A DNA stretch of 64,000 nt, taken from contig CM059432.1 in NCBI GenBank assembly GCA_030390025.1, positions 39,186,001-39,250,000 of the forward strand, in the 5' to 3' direction. Positions 1 to 12,720 of this stretch are shown piece by piece (position 1 is the first letter of the stretch; every line of letters begins with the position of its first letter). Origin of the DNA: Squalus acanthias (lineage: Eukaryota). The notes beneath the pieces were generated by a model. The model was not told the DNA's origin. It saw only the letters and a program-made list of their open reading frames with translations, and ran no database searches. Both the position numbers and the translations under genes were made by a program.

Positions 1-1352
1 ATTTACTCAGAGTCACACAGTTGTCCAGTAAACTGGGTATTATTATAAACAGACATCCTTCCTTTACACTTTGACAAATAAGGTGAATAATAAAACACAA
101 CATTTGCTGTTCTTCTGTTGAAAACCATGGGAGCATGAGAGGGCAATAAATTTCACTGCTGCCCTGTGTTTACTGCCCTATTGTGCTCCCATTCTTTTAA
201 TAGTCGGGGAAAAAAACTGTTGGCAGAATGCCTTTGTGACAAAATCACGCAAAGGAGAAACAGTTCACCTAAAACACACGAACAAAATTAAAATTTAACA
301 GGTACATGTTGAAAAGCAGCATGTACAAAGAGATTTAGGAAAATGAGGCAGTATTATAACACATCATTAAATGGTATCAACTTTTCAGATCTCAAACATT
401 TTTCAGAAAGGACTTCATTGTAGTTGGTCTTAAAGCCTAAAACCTATTCTTGGTCCAAAAAGTCAATGTTATATCATCTATTAGTGCAATTGGTTTCAGA
501 AAACTGTATATATGCAAAACTCTCTCTATTTAATTATTCCCTCCATGTTGCATTTTTCACCCTACACACAGATCACTTGTATTACAAATTCAGTCACAGC
601 TAATCTTGGATCATCAAGAAGAGGCTGGTCACACTTTGTTAGCAAGTACAAGAAGCAAGGCTCTTCAGTTATAGGCTAATCTAGGGTTATCTTTACTGCG
701 TTTGTCTATAAATCTGATCTCTGTTGTGATACAGATGTTTGTTTTTCTATTGTATTTATGCCCCATTATTATTGAACATTAATTTAGCCTGCACCACATT
801 AAATTAAATCACAAAGATATCTTGTGCCTTTCTTTGGGGTGAGAGAAGGGAACTCAAATGCACCAAATTTTTGTAATAGGGTTTTTTTGCAGTAAAACAC
901 TACCAGAGACTGATGGATTTGGTTTTCATATTACTTCTGCACAAGGTTTTGATTTATGTTTGTATTTTGTAGCATGCATTTGTCTCGTTAGCCCTCAAGT
1001 GATCTGTGGAAGAGTCTAGCTCTATCTATTGCCTTGGTGATTCAGGAAGTTCTCCCCACTGACCCTTCACTATAATTCATTTTTTGGAGATCTTATGTGT
1101 AGATGCTGAACATTTTAAATTTCAACAGAAAAGGACTATCAACCCAAATGGTCATCTTCACATATGGTTGTCAGGTACTAAAGAATTGTTGAATTTTTAT
1201 GAAGTTCAAGATTTCTGAGATTTTCCATAATGGAATTACTGTAGATGTAATTTTCTGACTTCACGCTTCCGGCAGGGATATTCACCTAACATGAGCGCAC
1301 ATCAGAAATGATGGGGGTGCTGCACATAATTTTCCAAATAAACAGATACAAG

Positions 1353-2174
1353 GGGCAGAATTTTCATTGACCCGTGGAGGCGGGTTTGGAGGCATGTGGG
1401 GTGGGAAAATAGCAGATTCGGGGGTCCCAAACCCATCCCGCCCCCAACCCGCCTCCATGCCAGTTTCACAGGAGGCGGGTACCTGACCTGTGCTGGGACC
1501 CGCCTCCCCGAGGCGGGAAGGGGATTAGTGCCAATAAACTGCCTGTTAACAGGTAGTTAACAGGCAGTTTTTTGCCTAATCCCTATTTTTGGCCCTGAAG
1601 TGTGGGCTTCCCGACAGGTCCGAACCACGCCGATTTAGCGAGGCGGACCGTCGGTCTGGAGGGGTCGAGATGTCCGGTGTGCAGGTGAGTGATGGGTGCA
1701 TGAGTGCAGAGGTAAGTGTGTTTGGTGTGTGTAAAGTGTTTTAAGAACTTGTACTTACCTTAACTTTGTCCTGCAGGCTAAGGTGTCGGGAGTCCCTCAC
1801 ATCCATGGCACAGAAAGCAGAATGGTCGCGGAGCTGTCAAAAGCTACAGTCTCTGCTTTCTGTGCTGGATTGATTTCTAACTCAGTCTAAGTACAGGGAC
1901 TCACGTTAGAAATCATATTGTCAGGGTTTGACAGCTTCACAGAGTTGTCAAACGCTGAAATTTCATCTGTCAAAAGCTCTTGACAGATGAAATTTCAATG
2001 ACGTCACCTGTAGCCAAGGGACCCTTGATTGGCCTGCTAAGCCTGCTAGGCGGGCTTAACAAGGTCAATCAAGGGAAAATACAGTGGGTTGGCCACAAGT
2101 CGATGGAGGCGGGACTACAACCCAAAAAGTGGGAGTCCCGCCTCCATCACGTCCCAATTGACAAAATCCAGCCC
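1353..2174 (+). mobile_element. Non-autonomous PIF/Harbinger element (MITE-like, family M)
   Basis: Ends GGGCAGAATTTT...AAAATCCAGCCC (imperfect TIR); 3-bp flanks AAG/ATG; colinear with the reverse copy at 34129-34969 and related to 41283-42121. Confidence 0.85.
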
Positions 2175-3924
2175 ATGAAGTCAGAAAATTACCCTTATAT
2201 ACCTTAGTGACTTAACAGAAACAAGTATTTGAGAGAATGACAGAAGCAAATGGAAAGGCTGATTGAGTAGTGCAGTGGTATAGCGCAGGTTTTTCAATTC
2301 AGGGGGGTTGGTATTAGTCCTCATTCCACCTGTTTTATGGGCATAAAACAGGCGCATTGAGGTCTAATGTCAGGGACCACCATCCTGTGCACAAAGGACC
2401 GCAAAAAGACTTCTGACCTGATGTTGGGCTGGCCTATTTTTCAGGCGTCCCTGGCAGCCACCTAAAACTGGTGTTAGGCCCCTTACATAAGCAATGAGGG
2501 GCCCAATGCCTGTTTTCGGCCCCCTTGCCAAAATTAGAGTGCGATTGCGGGAACAGGAACCAGGCCTGCTCCACTGAGGATTCTTCAGTGACCAAAGCAG
2601 CGGCTGTCAACAAAAGAAATCCCGTCTGTTACGTACAGCGGTACCAACATCTGCAGAGAGCAGGCGCAGGTAATAATACGGGTTGTAGGTGGCCCCACAA
2701 TGAAAGTATCAAGTGTTAATTGATCCCATTGGGCCTGCTGCAAATAGTAACCAAAGATAAATCCAGATCAATGTAAAACAATATACATCGTGGGATTAGG
2801 AAGCTTGCTAAACTAATCTAGCAATTGATCAATTCAAATTGCTGTGACTCAAGACACTTTTGCGTCTTTTGAATATGTCAATATTTATACAAATGTGTGT
2901 CCAATCTAATTGCAAATCCCAATTTATAAAAGCTTCAGAGGAGAAGAAGAGTTACAGATTGTCAAAGTTCAAAGCACTTTTATTCTGAGGGGGCGATTCT
3001 CATCTCACTACCACCCCATTTACACCTAAAAATGGAACGGTAAAGAGATGAAAGTCATGTGTGAAAGTGAGATACTCGGCTCCTTAGCTCAAGTTTCTTC
3101 AGCAGTGTGAATTACTGGTCATTATTCAATTAATTTTCAAATAGTATTGAAACCATACATAAATTATTTTTTTTAGAAATTTGTAAACCACCATTCATTT
3201 TTCAATTATCCTTTGCCAGTTTCCTTTCAATTTAGAGTGGTTCCTTCTTCGCAAGAAATGCAAATAGTAAAATTTTATTTCAGAAAATTATTTACCAAAC
3301 AGACAAGCTGGTCCTTAATTGTCTGTACAGTAAATTAGTTGTGCAATTATGATTAACAGTTAAGTGCTAAACCTGTTTCTTTACAATTTTTACAAGCTCC
3401 AGCTTTCACTTAAGTACACAGGCAGGTATATAACAAAGTCTGCCAAGTTGAAAGTGATAAAAGACACAAAATGCAAAACAAACACAGGCAGAGACTCTCC
3501 TGTTTTATGAATGCTATTACATCTGCTTCTCCCAGAGACCTGATTTTCTTCATTTCCTTATATGTTAGCATTTTATACTTGTAACTGTAAACTGCAACAC
3601 TGTAAGAATGCTCCATAAGTAGCAACACTGAAACTCTGGTCTCTCAAGCTCGAGTTCAAACTCTAATCTTGATTTACATTTATACATCCTTACATTTGAG
3701 GAGGTGATTTTTACAGTTAAAGGAAATAAACTTTTGATTGGAGGAAGAGAAACCGCTCAAGCTCCTCTCCCTTTTAATAACAGGCCAATCATCAAGCAAT
3801 ATTGATAAATTCATAGAGATATTCACAGGCTGCACTGGCAGAGGTGAAAACCCGAAAGGATGCTAACAGGGCCAAGACTAAGGATGAATAGAAAATAGTA
3901 AATATGGTCAATGATTACATCCTC

Positions 3925-4370
3925 CCAGTATTCAGTAGGGAAGACATTTGTGAAATACCCTCCAGAATTGGGTATAATCGATGTCTTGCCATGAGGACTG
4001 AGTTATGAGGAAAGACTGGAAAACTTGGATTATTCAGCTTTAAGCTTTAACAACTATGATAGACCTTATAAAAATATATCAGATATTAAATGGTATAGAT
4101 AATGTCAATCCAGAACTTTACTTCAATTTGAACTATGAGAGTAGGACAAGGGGTACAGGTTCAGGAGATTGGTATCAGGAAGTCCTTCTTCACACAAAAA
4201 GTGATCAACACATGGGATGGACTTCTGGATAGGGTAGTGGAGGCAAAAACATTGGAATCGTGTATGTAAATGTTTGATTCTGTGATGAAGTAGGAGTGAC
4301 TGTTAATTCTTTCTGAACGGAGGAACTGGAATGGGTTGAATTGTCTTCCTCATCTGTATATAATTTTTTA
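3925..4370 (+). mobile_element. Degenerate CR1 LINE 3' fragment
   Basis: Translates to GLSYEERLEKLGLFS-like ORF2 C-terminus, followed by a CR1-like 3' end; heavily mutated. Confidence 0.6.
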
Positions 4371-5827
4371 CCTTGTGTTCTTTTGATTGACCCATTCAAA
4401 TAATGAGGAAAGATTGTATTGAAGGAGGGGATAACATGGGGTGCAGGGTGATAGTAGTAAAACAGAACCTGCTTGTACCCTTTTTTAAATTAATGATGTC
4501 CTGACATCAATTATGAAAAAGACCATCCAGTCCATCAACGCCCCCGCCCTCCCATGGTGCAGCTACATATACCATTGTTTCCCCCCATCCCCCCAATTAA
4601 CACAATCTCCTGGGAGAGGCAAAAAACCTGATGCCAATTTACAAAAATCTCCAGGAAATTGCTCTCTGATTTGCTAAGGCAATTAAACAAATCTCCAGGA
4701 CACCACAGCAACCCATAAATCCTTCTACTTCCAGCTAAACCACAATTCACCCACCATAACTGAAAATATTCTCCTGTCTCAGGTGGCCATCAGACGGTCC
4801 TTCCTAGCCTTCATTTCTGCCAACAGATGCATTGGAAAATCTCGTGGCACATTCAACAGCTGACACCCCTGAAGCTTCCGCTCCTTCCGCCAACTTGCTG
4901 AGAAGTGATTTTGCCCTTTAACTTGCTGCAGCATTCATCCCTTCAAGCAGCAGGATGCCAATGAAGAGCGGTGTTCTGGCCTCAAAACTGCCTTGCATGA
5001 CTAATGGGGTTCTGGGAGGAAATTGTATTGGGTTAGCGGCGGTTTCTCATTGGTGGGTGTTGGGACTGCCCAATCACAAACCCACCAATGTGAGAAATTC
5101 AGGCCCACGTTCCAGTGAAGCCCAAAAACATAATTCGAGCAAAATATTTCTAATTGTTTGCTAAATAAGGCAGAAAGGTTATTATGCAAAGCTTTATTTA
5201 TATATGTTGACGTGTAGAAGCTAAGGGACCATTTTCTTGTGAGCCATGAGCAACCAAAATAATCAGATGAGTGCTAATTTTTTCTATTATACTTTGCTTC
5301 TAATACTAGCATGACATGTTGTACTATTGCACTAGAATAAAAAACCGCCATAGCACTCTATATCGGTACTAAAAGATAAGATTATTTTGATTTTTTACAG
5401 AATGCCATCAAAATGTAGAAATAGAATCTTGCATAGGGAGTTATTGGAAACAACATTTATTCTGCTGATGACATATGACTCACATACAGCTTCATCACTC
5501 ATTAATAATGCAGTGTCATTCACTTCTGAAACAAACATCATATTCAACCCCTTGTGTCCTCTATGTAAAGCATGTGCTGGACAGATTTAATAGATTGAAT
5601 AAATCCCAATTCATATTTTCAATGACTGTAATTCTATTAGCATTCTAGGCTTTTAAATATATGTTGCTGTTGCTTAATGGAAAATTACAATCTGCTTCAC
5701 TGCAGGTTTCAATTCTATGTAATAAAATATGTAACTTTAGAAATAAAAAGCAGTTTATTGGGAAAGCTTTAATGACTAGTTGATTCAATTTTTCCATCCA
5801 CAAATTTCCAATACTAAGCATTCCATT

Positions 5828-7215
5828 GATGTATTAGACGTAATATATTTGGATTTCCAAAAAGCCTTCGATAAGATACTGCATAGTAGGTCAGGCAGCA
5901 TCTGTGAAGAGAGAAACAGAGTCAACGTTTCAGGTCGATGACCTTTCGTCATCGACCTGAAACGTTAACTCTGTTTCTCTCTTCACAGATGCTGCCTGAC
6001 CTTCTGAGTGTCTCCATCATTTTCTGTTTTTATTTCCGATTTCCAGCATCTGCAGTATTTTCTTTTTGTACTGCATAGTAGACTCATGTCTAAGGTCAGA
6101 ACATGTGGAGTCAAGGGACAAGTAGCAGAATGGATAGCAAGCTGGCTACAAAACAGAACACAGAGAGTAGGGGGTAAAGGTAGTTGCTCAGATTGGCAAA
6201 AGGTAGGAAGTGATGTTCCACAAGGATCTGTGCTGGGGCCACTGTTGTTCACCATTTACATAAACAATTTGGACTCTGGAATCGGAAGTACAATTTCAAA
6301 ATTTGCAGATGACACCATATTGGTGGGTGTAGTAAATACAGAGGAGGACTGCGACAAAATACAGACATTAATAAACTTGCAGAATGGGCGTGTAATTGGC
6401 AAATGAACTTCAATATAGATAAGTGTGAGGTGGTACATTTTAGTAGGAAGAATAAGGAGGCCACATACTCCTTGGAAAATGTCTAAATGGGGTAGAGGAA
6501 CAGAGGACTCTGGGGGCACAGATACACAAATCACTAAAAGTAGTGATGCTGGTTAATAAGGCCATAAAAAAGCAAACAAAGCATTAGGGGTCCTTTCTAG
6601 AGGGATAGCATAATAAGGCAGAGAAGTTATGTTAAACTTGCATAGTACCTTGGTTAGACTACACAGAGTACTGTGAACAGTTCTAGTCGCCATATTATAA
6701 AAAGGATATAGAGGTACTGGAGAAAGTGCAAAAAGATTTACGAGAATGATACCAGAACTGAGAGGCTTACCTATCAGGGAATGCTGAGCAGGCTAGAGCT
6801 CTTTTCACTGGAGAAGAGAGACTCAGGGATGACCTGCTAGAGGTCTTTAAGATTATGAAAGGGTTTGATAGGGTAGACATAAAGAAGAGGTTTCCACTTG
6901 TAGGCGAGACCAGAACTAGGGGTCGTAAATATAAGATAGTCACTAATAAATTCAATAGGGAATTCGGGAGAAACTTCTTTATCCAGAGAGTGATTAGAAA
7001 GTAGAACTCGCTACCACAAGGAGTAGTTGAGGCAACTAGTATAAATGCATTTAAAGGGAAGCTAGATAAGCACATGAGGGAGAAAGGAATAGAAGGATAT
7101 GTTGATGGGGTTAGATGAAGAAGGGTGGGAGGAGGCTGGTGTGGAGCATAAACACCGGCATGGACTGGTTAGGCTGAGTGGCCTGTTTCTGTGCTGTCAA
7201 TACTTTGTATGTTTT
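5828..7215 (+). mobile_element. 5'-truncated CR1 LINE (RT domain to 3' UTR), disrupted
   Basis: YLDFQKAFDK, VPQGSVLGPLLFTIYIN and KFADDT motifs; stops and frameshifts; CR1 3' end near 7200. Confidence 0.9.
5889..6068. mobile_element. Short Penelope-like terminal-repeat insertion, palindromic
   Basis: GGTCAGGCAGCATCTGTG...CACAGATGCTGCCTGACC inverted arms; 12-bp TSD TACTGCATAGTA at 5877-5888 and 6069-6080. Confidence 0.7.
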
Positions 7216-8856
7216 GTTTCTGCTTGTCACAGGATCCATAAGTGAACAAGCAAATGCCACAAAATTATCATTAATATTAACTTGGTCAAAATTTGCTGGC
7301 ACCTTCCACTCACAAAATGCCCTTAAAAATGTCATTGTTATGAATGCTTTTGCTTATAAATGCACCTTTATTATAATCACAATTGCATTACTTTTAGTTT
7401 TAAAATAGCATCGTAGTTCAAAAGATCCTCCATTTATATAACATAAGAACATAAGAAATAAGAGCAGGAGTAGGCCATACGGCCCGTTGCGCCTGCTCCG
7501 CCATTCAATAAGATCATGGCTGATCATCGACCTCAACTCCACTTTCCTGCCCAATCTCCATATCCCTTGATTCCCCTAAAGTCCAAAAATCTATCTATCT
7601 CAGCCTTGAATATACTCAAAGACTCAGCAGTCACAGCCCTCTGGGGCAGAGAATTCCAAAGATTCACAACCCTCTGAGTGAAGAAATTCCTCCTCATCTC
7701 ATTCTTAAATGGCCTACCTCTTATCCTGAGACTATGCCCCCTAGTTCTAGACACTCTAGCCAGGGGAAACAACCTCTCAGCATCTACCCTGTCAATCCCC
7801 TTTAGAATCTTGTATGTTTCAATGAGATCACCTCTCATTCTTCTAAACTCCAGAGAGTATAGGCCCATTCTACACAATCTCTCATCATAGGACTGCCCTC
7901 TCATCCCAGGAATCAATCTAGTGAACCTTCGTTGCACCGCCTCTAAGGTAAGTATATCCTTCCTTAGATAAGGAGACCAAAACTGTGCACGGTACTCCAG
8001 GTGTGGTCTCACCAAGGCCCTGTACAATTGTAGCAAGACTTCCTTACTCTTATACTCCAACCCCCTTGCAATAAAGACCAACATGCCATTTGCCTTCCTT
8101 ATTGCTTGCTGTACCTGCATGCTAGCTTTCTGTGTTTCTTGCACGAGGACACCCAAATCTCTCTGAACACCAACATTTGAAAGTTTCTCACCATTTAAAA
8201 AATATTCTGTTTTTTTATTCTTCCTACCAAAGTGAATAACCTCACATTTCCCTACATTATACTCCATCTGCCACCTTACTGCCCACTCACTTAGTCTATC
8301 TATATCCCTTTGCAGACTCTTTGGGCAGAATTTTCATTGACCCGTGGAGGTGGGTTTGGAGGCGTGTGGGGGGTTAAAATTGCGAAAAACTGGCGGGTGG
8401 GCACAAGCCTGCCTCCATCCCGCTGCCACGCAATTTTCATTAAATCGTGTCTGCTGGTCCCGACTCTGTCCCGCCTCCAAGAGGCGGGATAGGCCGTTAA
8501 GGCCCTTAACAAACAGTAAATTGCCTCTATAATGCCATTTTGAAAGGCCTTTGTGATTTTAACCCTTTTTCCACGTGAAGCACGCCTGTTCTGAACCACG
8601 AATGTGAAACCTGGCGGTAGCACATTTGGATTGCTGACTATCAGCTGCAGCTCAACCATTATGAAATAGGAGATGTGATCAGCCATCATTTGCAGTTGGC
8701 AGGACTTTGTTGTCTGAGGTCTGGGGGATCTTTTATATGGCATAACCACAGCTGTGGAAGTTTGGAGCCTGACACCCATCTCCAGTGTGACCTCCTGGGA
8801 AACCCCTCTTGCCACCTTGATTGAGCGCTTCCTCAACTGAGGCATATACGAGAAGC

Positions 8857-9078
8857 ATGGGAACCATTTATTTCCTTTCCTCCTGGACATCAGATTCGGA
8901 CGAAGACCAGCTGTGGCAGCAGCAGAACCATGAACAACAGCACCACCAGCAGCAGCAGCATCAACAGGAGTGCCAAGCTGCTCCTCACCCACCTGAAGCT
9001 GCACAGGCCAGAAGGCGCCAGCACGCGACCACATTGCTGCCCGAGATGCAAGGGACGCACTTGACCAGATTTGCTTAG
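8857..9078 (+). pseudogene. Harbinger transposase with the DDE core deleted
   Basis: [16 protein letters not shown]...[11 protein letters not shown] is nearly identical to the N-terminus in ORF 51818-53164, then jumps to HIAARDARDAL/TRFA* (C-terminus). Confidence 0.85.
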
Positions 9079-9394
9079 TCTGCACAATCAAACACTTTTG
9101 CCTCGCACCTTCTTATCAGACCATCGACAATGGCCAGGAACCTGTGGATTCCTATCACTCTGACAACCATACTGACAATTGCAAGTCATCCTAAGCCCTC
9201 AATGTGGAAGTCCCATTTGCGAAATGACAGATGCCACAACTTCAGCAGTTTGCCAGCAGAATTTTTAATCACACCAAGCAAGTGCTGGCATTTCAAGATT
9301 AAACACAACATTACACCCAAGTGACTACCCTTGTGACTACTTGTGCATTATTTTTCTTTTACGCGTGCTCCTACGTGGTGCTTCCCCTGTGGCT

Positions 9395-11289
9395 TCAGCA
9401 GATGTGGAGGCCCCCTTGCTCACTTTCTTGCTGCTCCTGCCTCGACACCTTTGGCAGGCATCCTCTGGGGTTGCGAGCCTGTGAGGGCTCGGCAACAGTC
9501 TGCTGCTCCTGCGGCTGTGCAGGGGTTGAAACGCCCATCTCAGTTGGGTGAGGACTCTGGTGGGGCTCTGACCGAGGGCTTTGCAGTGGCTTGGTCGTGT
9601 GAGCGCTTGGAGAGGAGCCCCCACTTCCTTGTTGTCTGCCACCAACATCCCTCTCATGGGTCAGCCCCACCTCAGCTCTTGCAAGTGGATTGAGAGCACC
9701 ATGCTGCACATCAGGGGGGCCATGGGGACCCGTATCTGCACTGGAAGTCCTACTCAGAAGGACTTCCATGAAGGTCTGGTTTCTATGTTCAATAGATAAC
9801 CATCGCTCCTCAAGAGATGCCAGTCTATTCTGAACAATGACCATGTTTTCTACACTCTGGTGACTTATCTCCTCCATAGCCATAGCCATCCTCTCCTCTA
9901 CTCTAGCCATCCTTTCCACAGAGGTTGCCATCCTTTCCGTGGTGATGTGTTCATGTGCCAATGACTCCATAAAGGCTCTGCTCATGTTCGCTATGGACTC
10001 CTCCATTCGCTCCACACTCGGAGTGACCCTGGAGACAAAACCTGCCAGAGACTCCTGCATCTGTTCCTGGAGTTCTAGCACCGCTGATCTTATGGATGGA
10101 CCCAGAGGCAGAGGGTCGACATGCAGCTGAGCCGAGCTAGGAGAGTCCTACGCCCTCCGACTAGGACTCTCCACTGCTGTCCCTGTCTCCACTATCTGCT
10201 GATGCTCACTTGTGAGCTGTGATACACCAGGTGACAACACTACTCTATCTCGCGGTGTGAGTGTCTGCGCTGGTGCTGGGTGCGCTGAATTCTGCTGACG
10301 CGGCGCCCTCAGAGGTTGCAGCTTCCTCTGACGAGTGGTGAGGCTCATGCTCTTCCTCCTGGACGGTGGGGACGGCTGCTTGCGATGGTCCTGGGGGGGA
10401 GTAAAGGAAAGAGTCAGAGATGTGAGTCCAAGGTTACATGCACATTGCATATTGGAGGTGATCATAAGTTAGTCTGCTGGAGCATCAGAATCATTATCAG
10501 TGACTCATGCAATGTCAATGAGAGAGATGATAAACTATTCTGTCACCAGCTTGCTCTGATGCACCCGTCTGTCCGTCCCCCACTTGCGCATCCTCCTCCA
10601 CTCCCATGATCTCCAGGACCGCCTCCTCCCAGGTGGTGAGCTGGGCTACTGAGGCTGGCCCTCCTCCTGTCCTCGCTCTTTCCCTCTTATTGTGAGCTCT
10701 CTTTTCCTGCAATGAGGGAGACAAGTGGAGTTTGAGTGAGAATGAAGGAGTGAGTGTAGAGAATCTATATCATTGATGCTTAGAAGGATACAAATTCGGA
10801 GTGAGGTGGCAAGACCATGGGCCCTCCCTGTGTGTTGTAAGTTGTTTTCATAGCATCACAGCAATACGGAGTGTGAGGGCTGCATAGTTGAATAGTTAGG
10901 TGAATGTGACCATACAGAGAGAGGGAATGGGTAAGGGTGTAGTGATGTCAGTGTCAAGTGGGATGTGGAGGAAGAGGTTGTCAAAGCTGAGTGCTGGTGA
11001 GGAGAGGCAATGGGGATCAGAATGAGGGTGATGGGAAATTCATACTCACTTTTCCAGTGCGCAGCAGGTCATGAAACCTCTTCCTGCACTGAAGTCAGGT
11101 TCTGCGGGTTATGGACAACGAGGTGACCTCCTCTGCCACCTGGATCCACACAGCCTTGGTTTGATGGGAAGGCTTCTTCCTCCCTGAAGAAGGGAAGAGC
11201 ACCTCCTTATTAGCTCTGGCTCCCTCAATTAAAGCTTGCAGGGCGACGTCATCAAATCGAGGTGCAGACCTAGGTCTCTGGCTGGCCAT
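9395..11289 (-). pseudogene. Harbinger Myb/SANT-like (trihelix) DNA-binding gene, 3 exons (11289-11050, 10706-10547, 10390-ca.9395)
   Basis: MASQRPRSAPRFDDVALQALIEG...W..VA...RT*LQCRKRFHDL motif; GT-AG introns; exon 2 EKRAHNKRERARTGGG; coiled-coil-like tail; stop at 11095 plus later frameshift/stop. Confidence 0.85.
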
Positions 11290-12299
11290 TCTTCCTGCAG
11301 GTGCCTCTAACATGCAAAGGCAGAAGCTTGGCAGTCTGCAGAGGAAGCAAGGCTTGTTGCAGACCTTAAATGCTGCAGCAAAGATGACGTCATCGGAAGC
11401 GACTTTCAGACTGGAAAAACTCACTGGCCATGGGTTCCCACACGTTGGCACTCAATTGGCCAATTATGTTAAAATCGCATCAATCTCCCACATCGATTTA
11501 GATTCGGGTGGCTAACACAAAATGCGGATTACACAACCCCAGCCCGCCCCTGATTCAAAATCCAGTCCTTTGTGTTCTCCTCACAGCTTACTGTCCCACC
11601 TGCCTTTGTATCATCAGCAAACTTGGATACATTACACTCTGTCCCTTCATCGAGGTCATCAATATAGATTGTAAATAGTGGAGGCCCCAACATTGATCCT
11701 TGCGGCACCCCACTAGTTACAGCTTGCCAACCTGAAAAAGATTCATTTATCCCTACTCTCTGTTTTCTGTCCATTAATCAATCCTCTATCCATGCTACTA
11801 TATTACCCCCAACCCCATGAGCCCTAATCTTGTGTAATAACCTTTTATGTGGCACCTTATCGAATGCCTTTTGGAAATCCAAATATACTACATCCACTGG
11901 TTCCCCTTTATTTACCCTGCTAGTTACATCCTCAAAAAACTCTAATAAATTTGTCAAATACGATTTCCCTTTCATAAAACCATGTTGACTCTGCCTAATC
12001 ATGTTATGCTTTTCTAAGTGCCCTGATACCACTTCCTTAACAATGGATTTCAGCATTTTCCCGACAACTGATGTCAGGCTAACCGACCTGTAGATCCCTG
12101 TTTTCTCTCTCTCTCTCCTTTCTTGAATAGCGGTGTTACATTTGCAACCTTCCAATCCGCTGCGACCATTCTAGAATCTAGGGAATTTTGGAAGATCAAA
12201 ACCAATGCATCCACTATCTCTTCAGCCACCTCTTTTAGAACCCGAGGATGTAGGCCGTCAGGTCCAGGGGATTTGTCGGCTTTTACATTTTACAACCAA

Positions 12300-12720
12300 A
12301 AGAAAAGAAAGAACTTGCACTTGTATAACGTCTTTCACCTCTCAAGCGCTTCACAGCCAATGAAGTACTTTTGAAGTGTAGTTAGTCACTGTTGTAATGT
12401 CGGGAAATGCAGCAGCCAATTTGCATACAGCGTGGTCCCACAAACAGCAATGAGATAAAAGACCAAATAATCTGTTTTCTGGTTATGGTGGTTGAAGGAT
12501 AAATGTTCTTCAAGTAGTGCAGTGGAACTTTTGCCTCCACCTGAGAGGGAAGAGATTAATGTCTCATCCAAAAGAGTGTGCATCTGATGGTGTAGCGCTC
12601 TCTTAGTACTTTACTGAAGTGTTAGCCTAGGTTATGTGCTGAGGTCCATACCGGAGTTTGAATCCTCAACCTTCTGACTCAGTGACGAATGCTACCAACA
12701 GACCCAAGTTGGCGCTTAGT
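12300..12720 (-). mobile_element. tRNA-derived Deu-domain SINE (SacSINE1-like)
   Basis: Reverse-strand match to the full copy at 28598-29043, including the L2-type tail. Confidence 0.8.

Larger units (their letters stand above)
8323..11568. mobile_element. PIF/Harbinger transposon (element A, 3.25 kb) with convergent transposase remnant and Myb/SANT gene
   Basis: TIRs GGGCAGAATTTT / AAAATCCAGTCC; TSD TTT; removing it restores the CR1 sequence GCAGACTCTTTGTG. Confidence 0.93.
7440..12285 (-). mobile_element. CR1 LINE (HER1-like), 5'-truncated, split by a Harbinger insertion
   Basis: ORF2 pieces at 11778-12155, 11529-11774 and 7533-8267 (QHGF, YLDFQKAFDKVPH, PQGS, FADDT, VRPHLEY); (TTCTTATG)n tail at 7440. 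Confidence 0.95.

Noticed and set aside
1..1340. Host exons in AT-rich unique sequence (also 12750-13800 and 36500-39000)
   Set aside because: No ORF with convincing splice sites or a recognisable protein; small exons cannot be excluded without RNA data.
8300..9091. 263-aa minus-strand ORF
   Set aside because: Antisense to the Harbinger arm and transposase remnant, with no recognisable domain.
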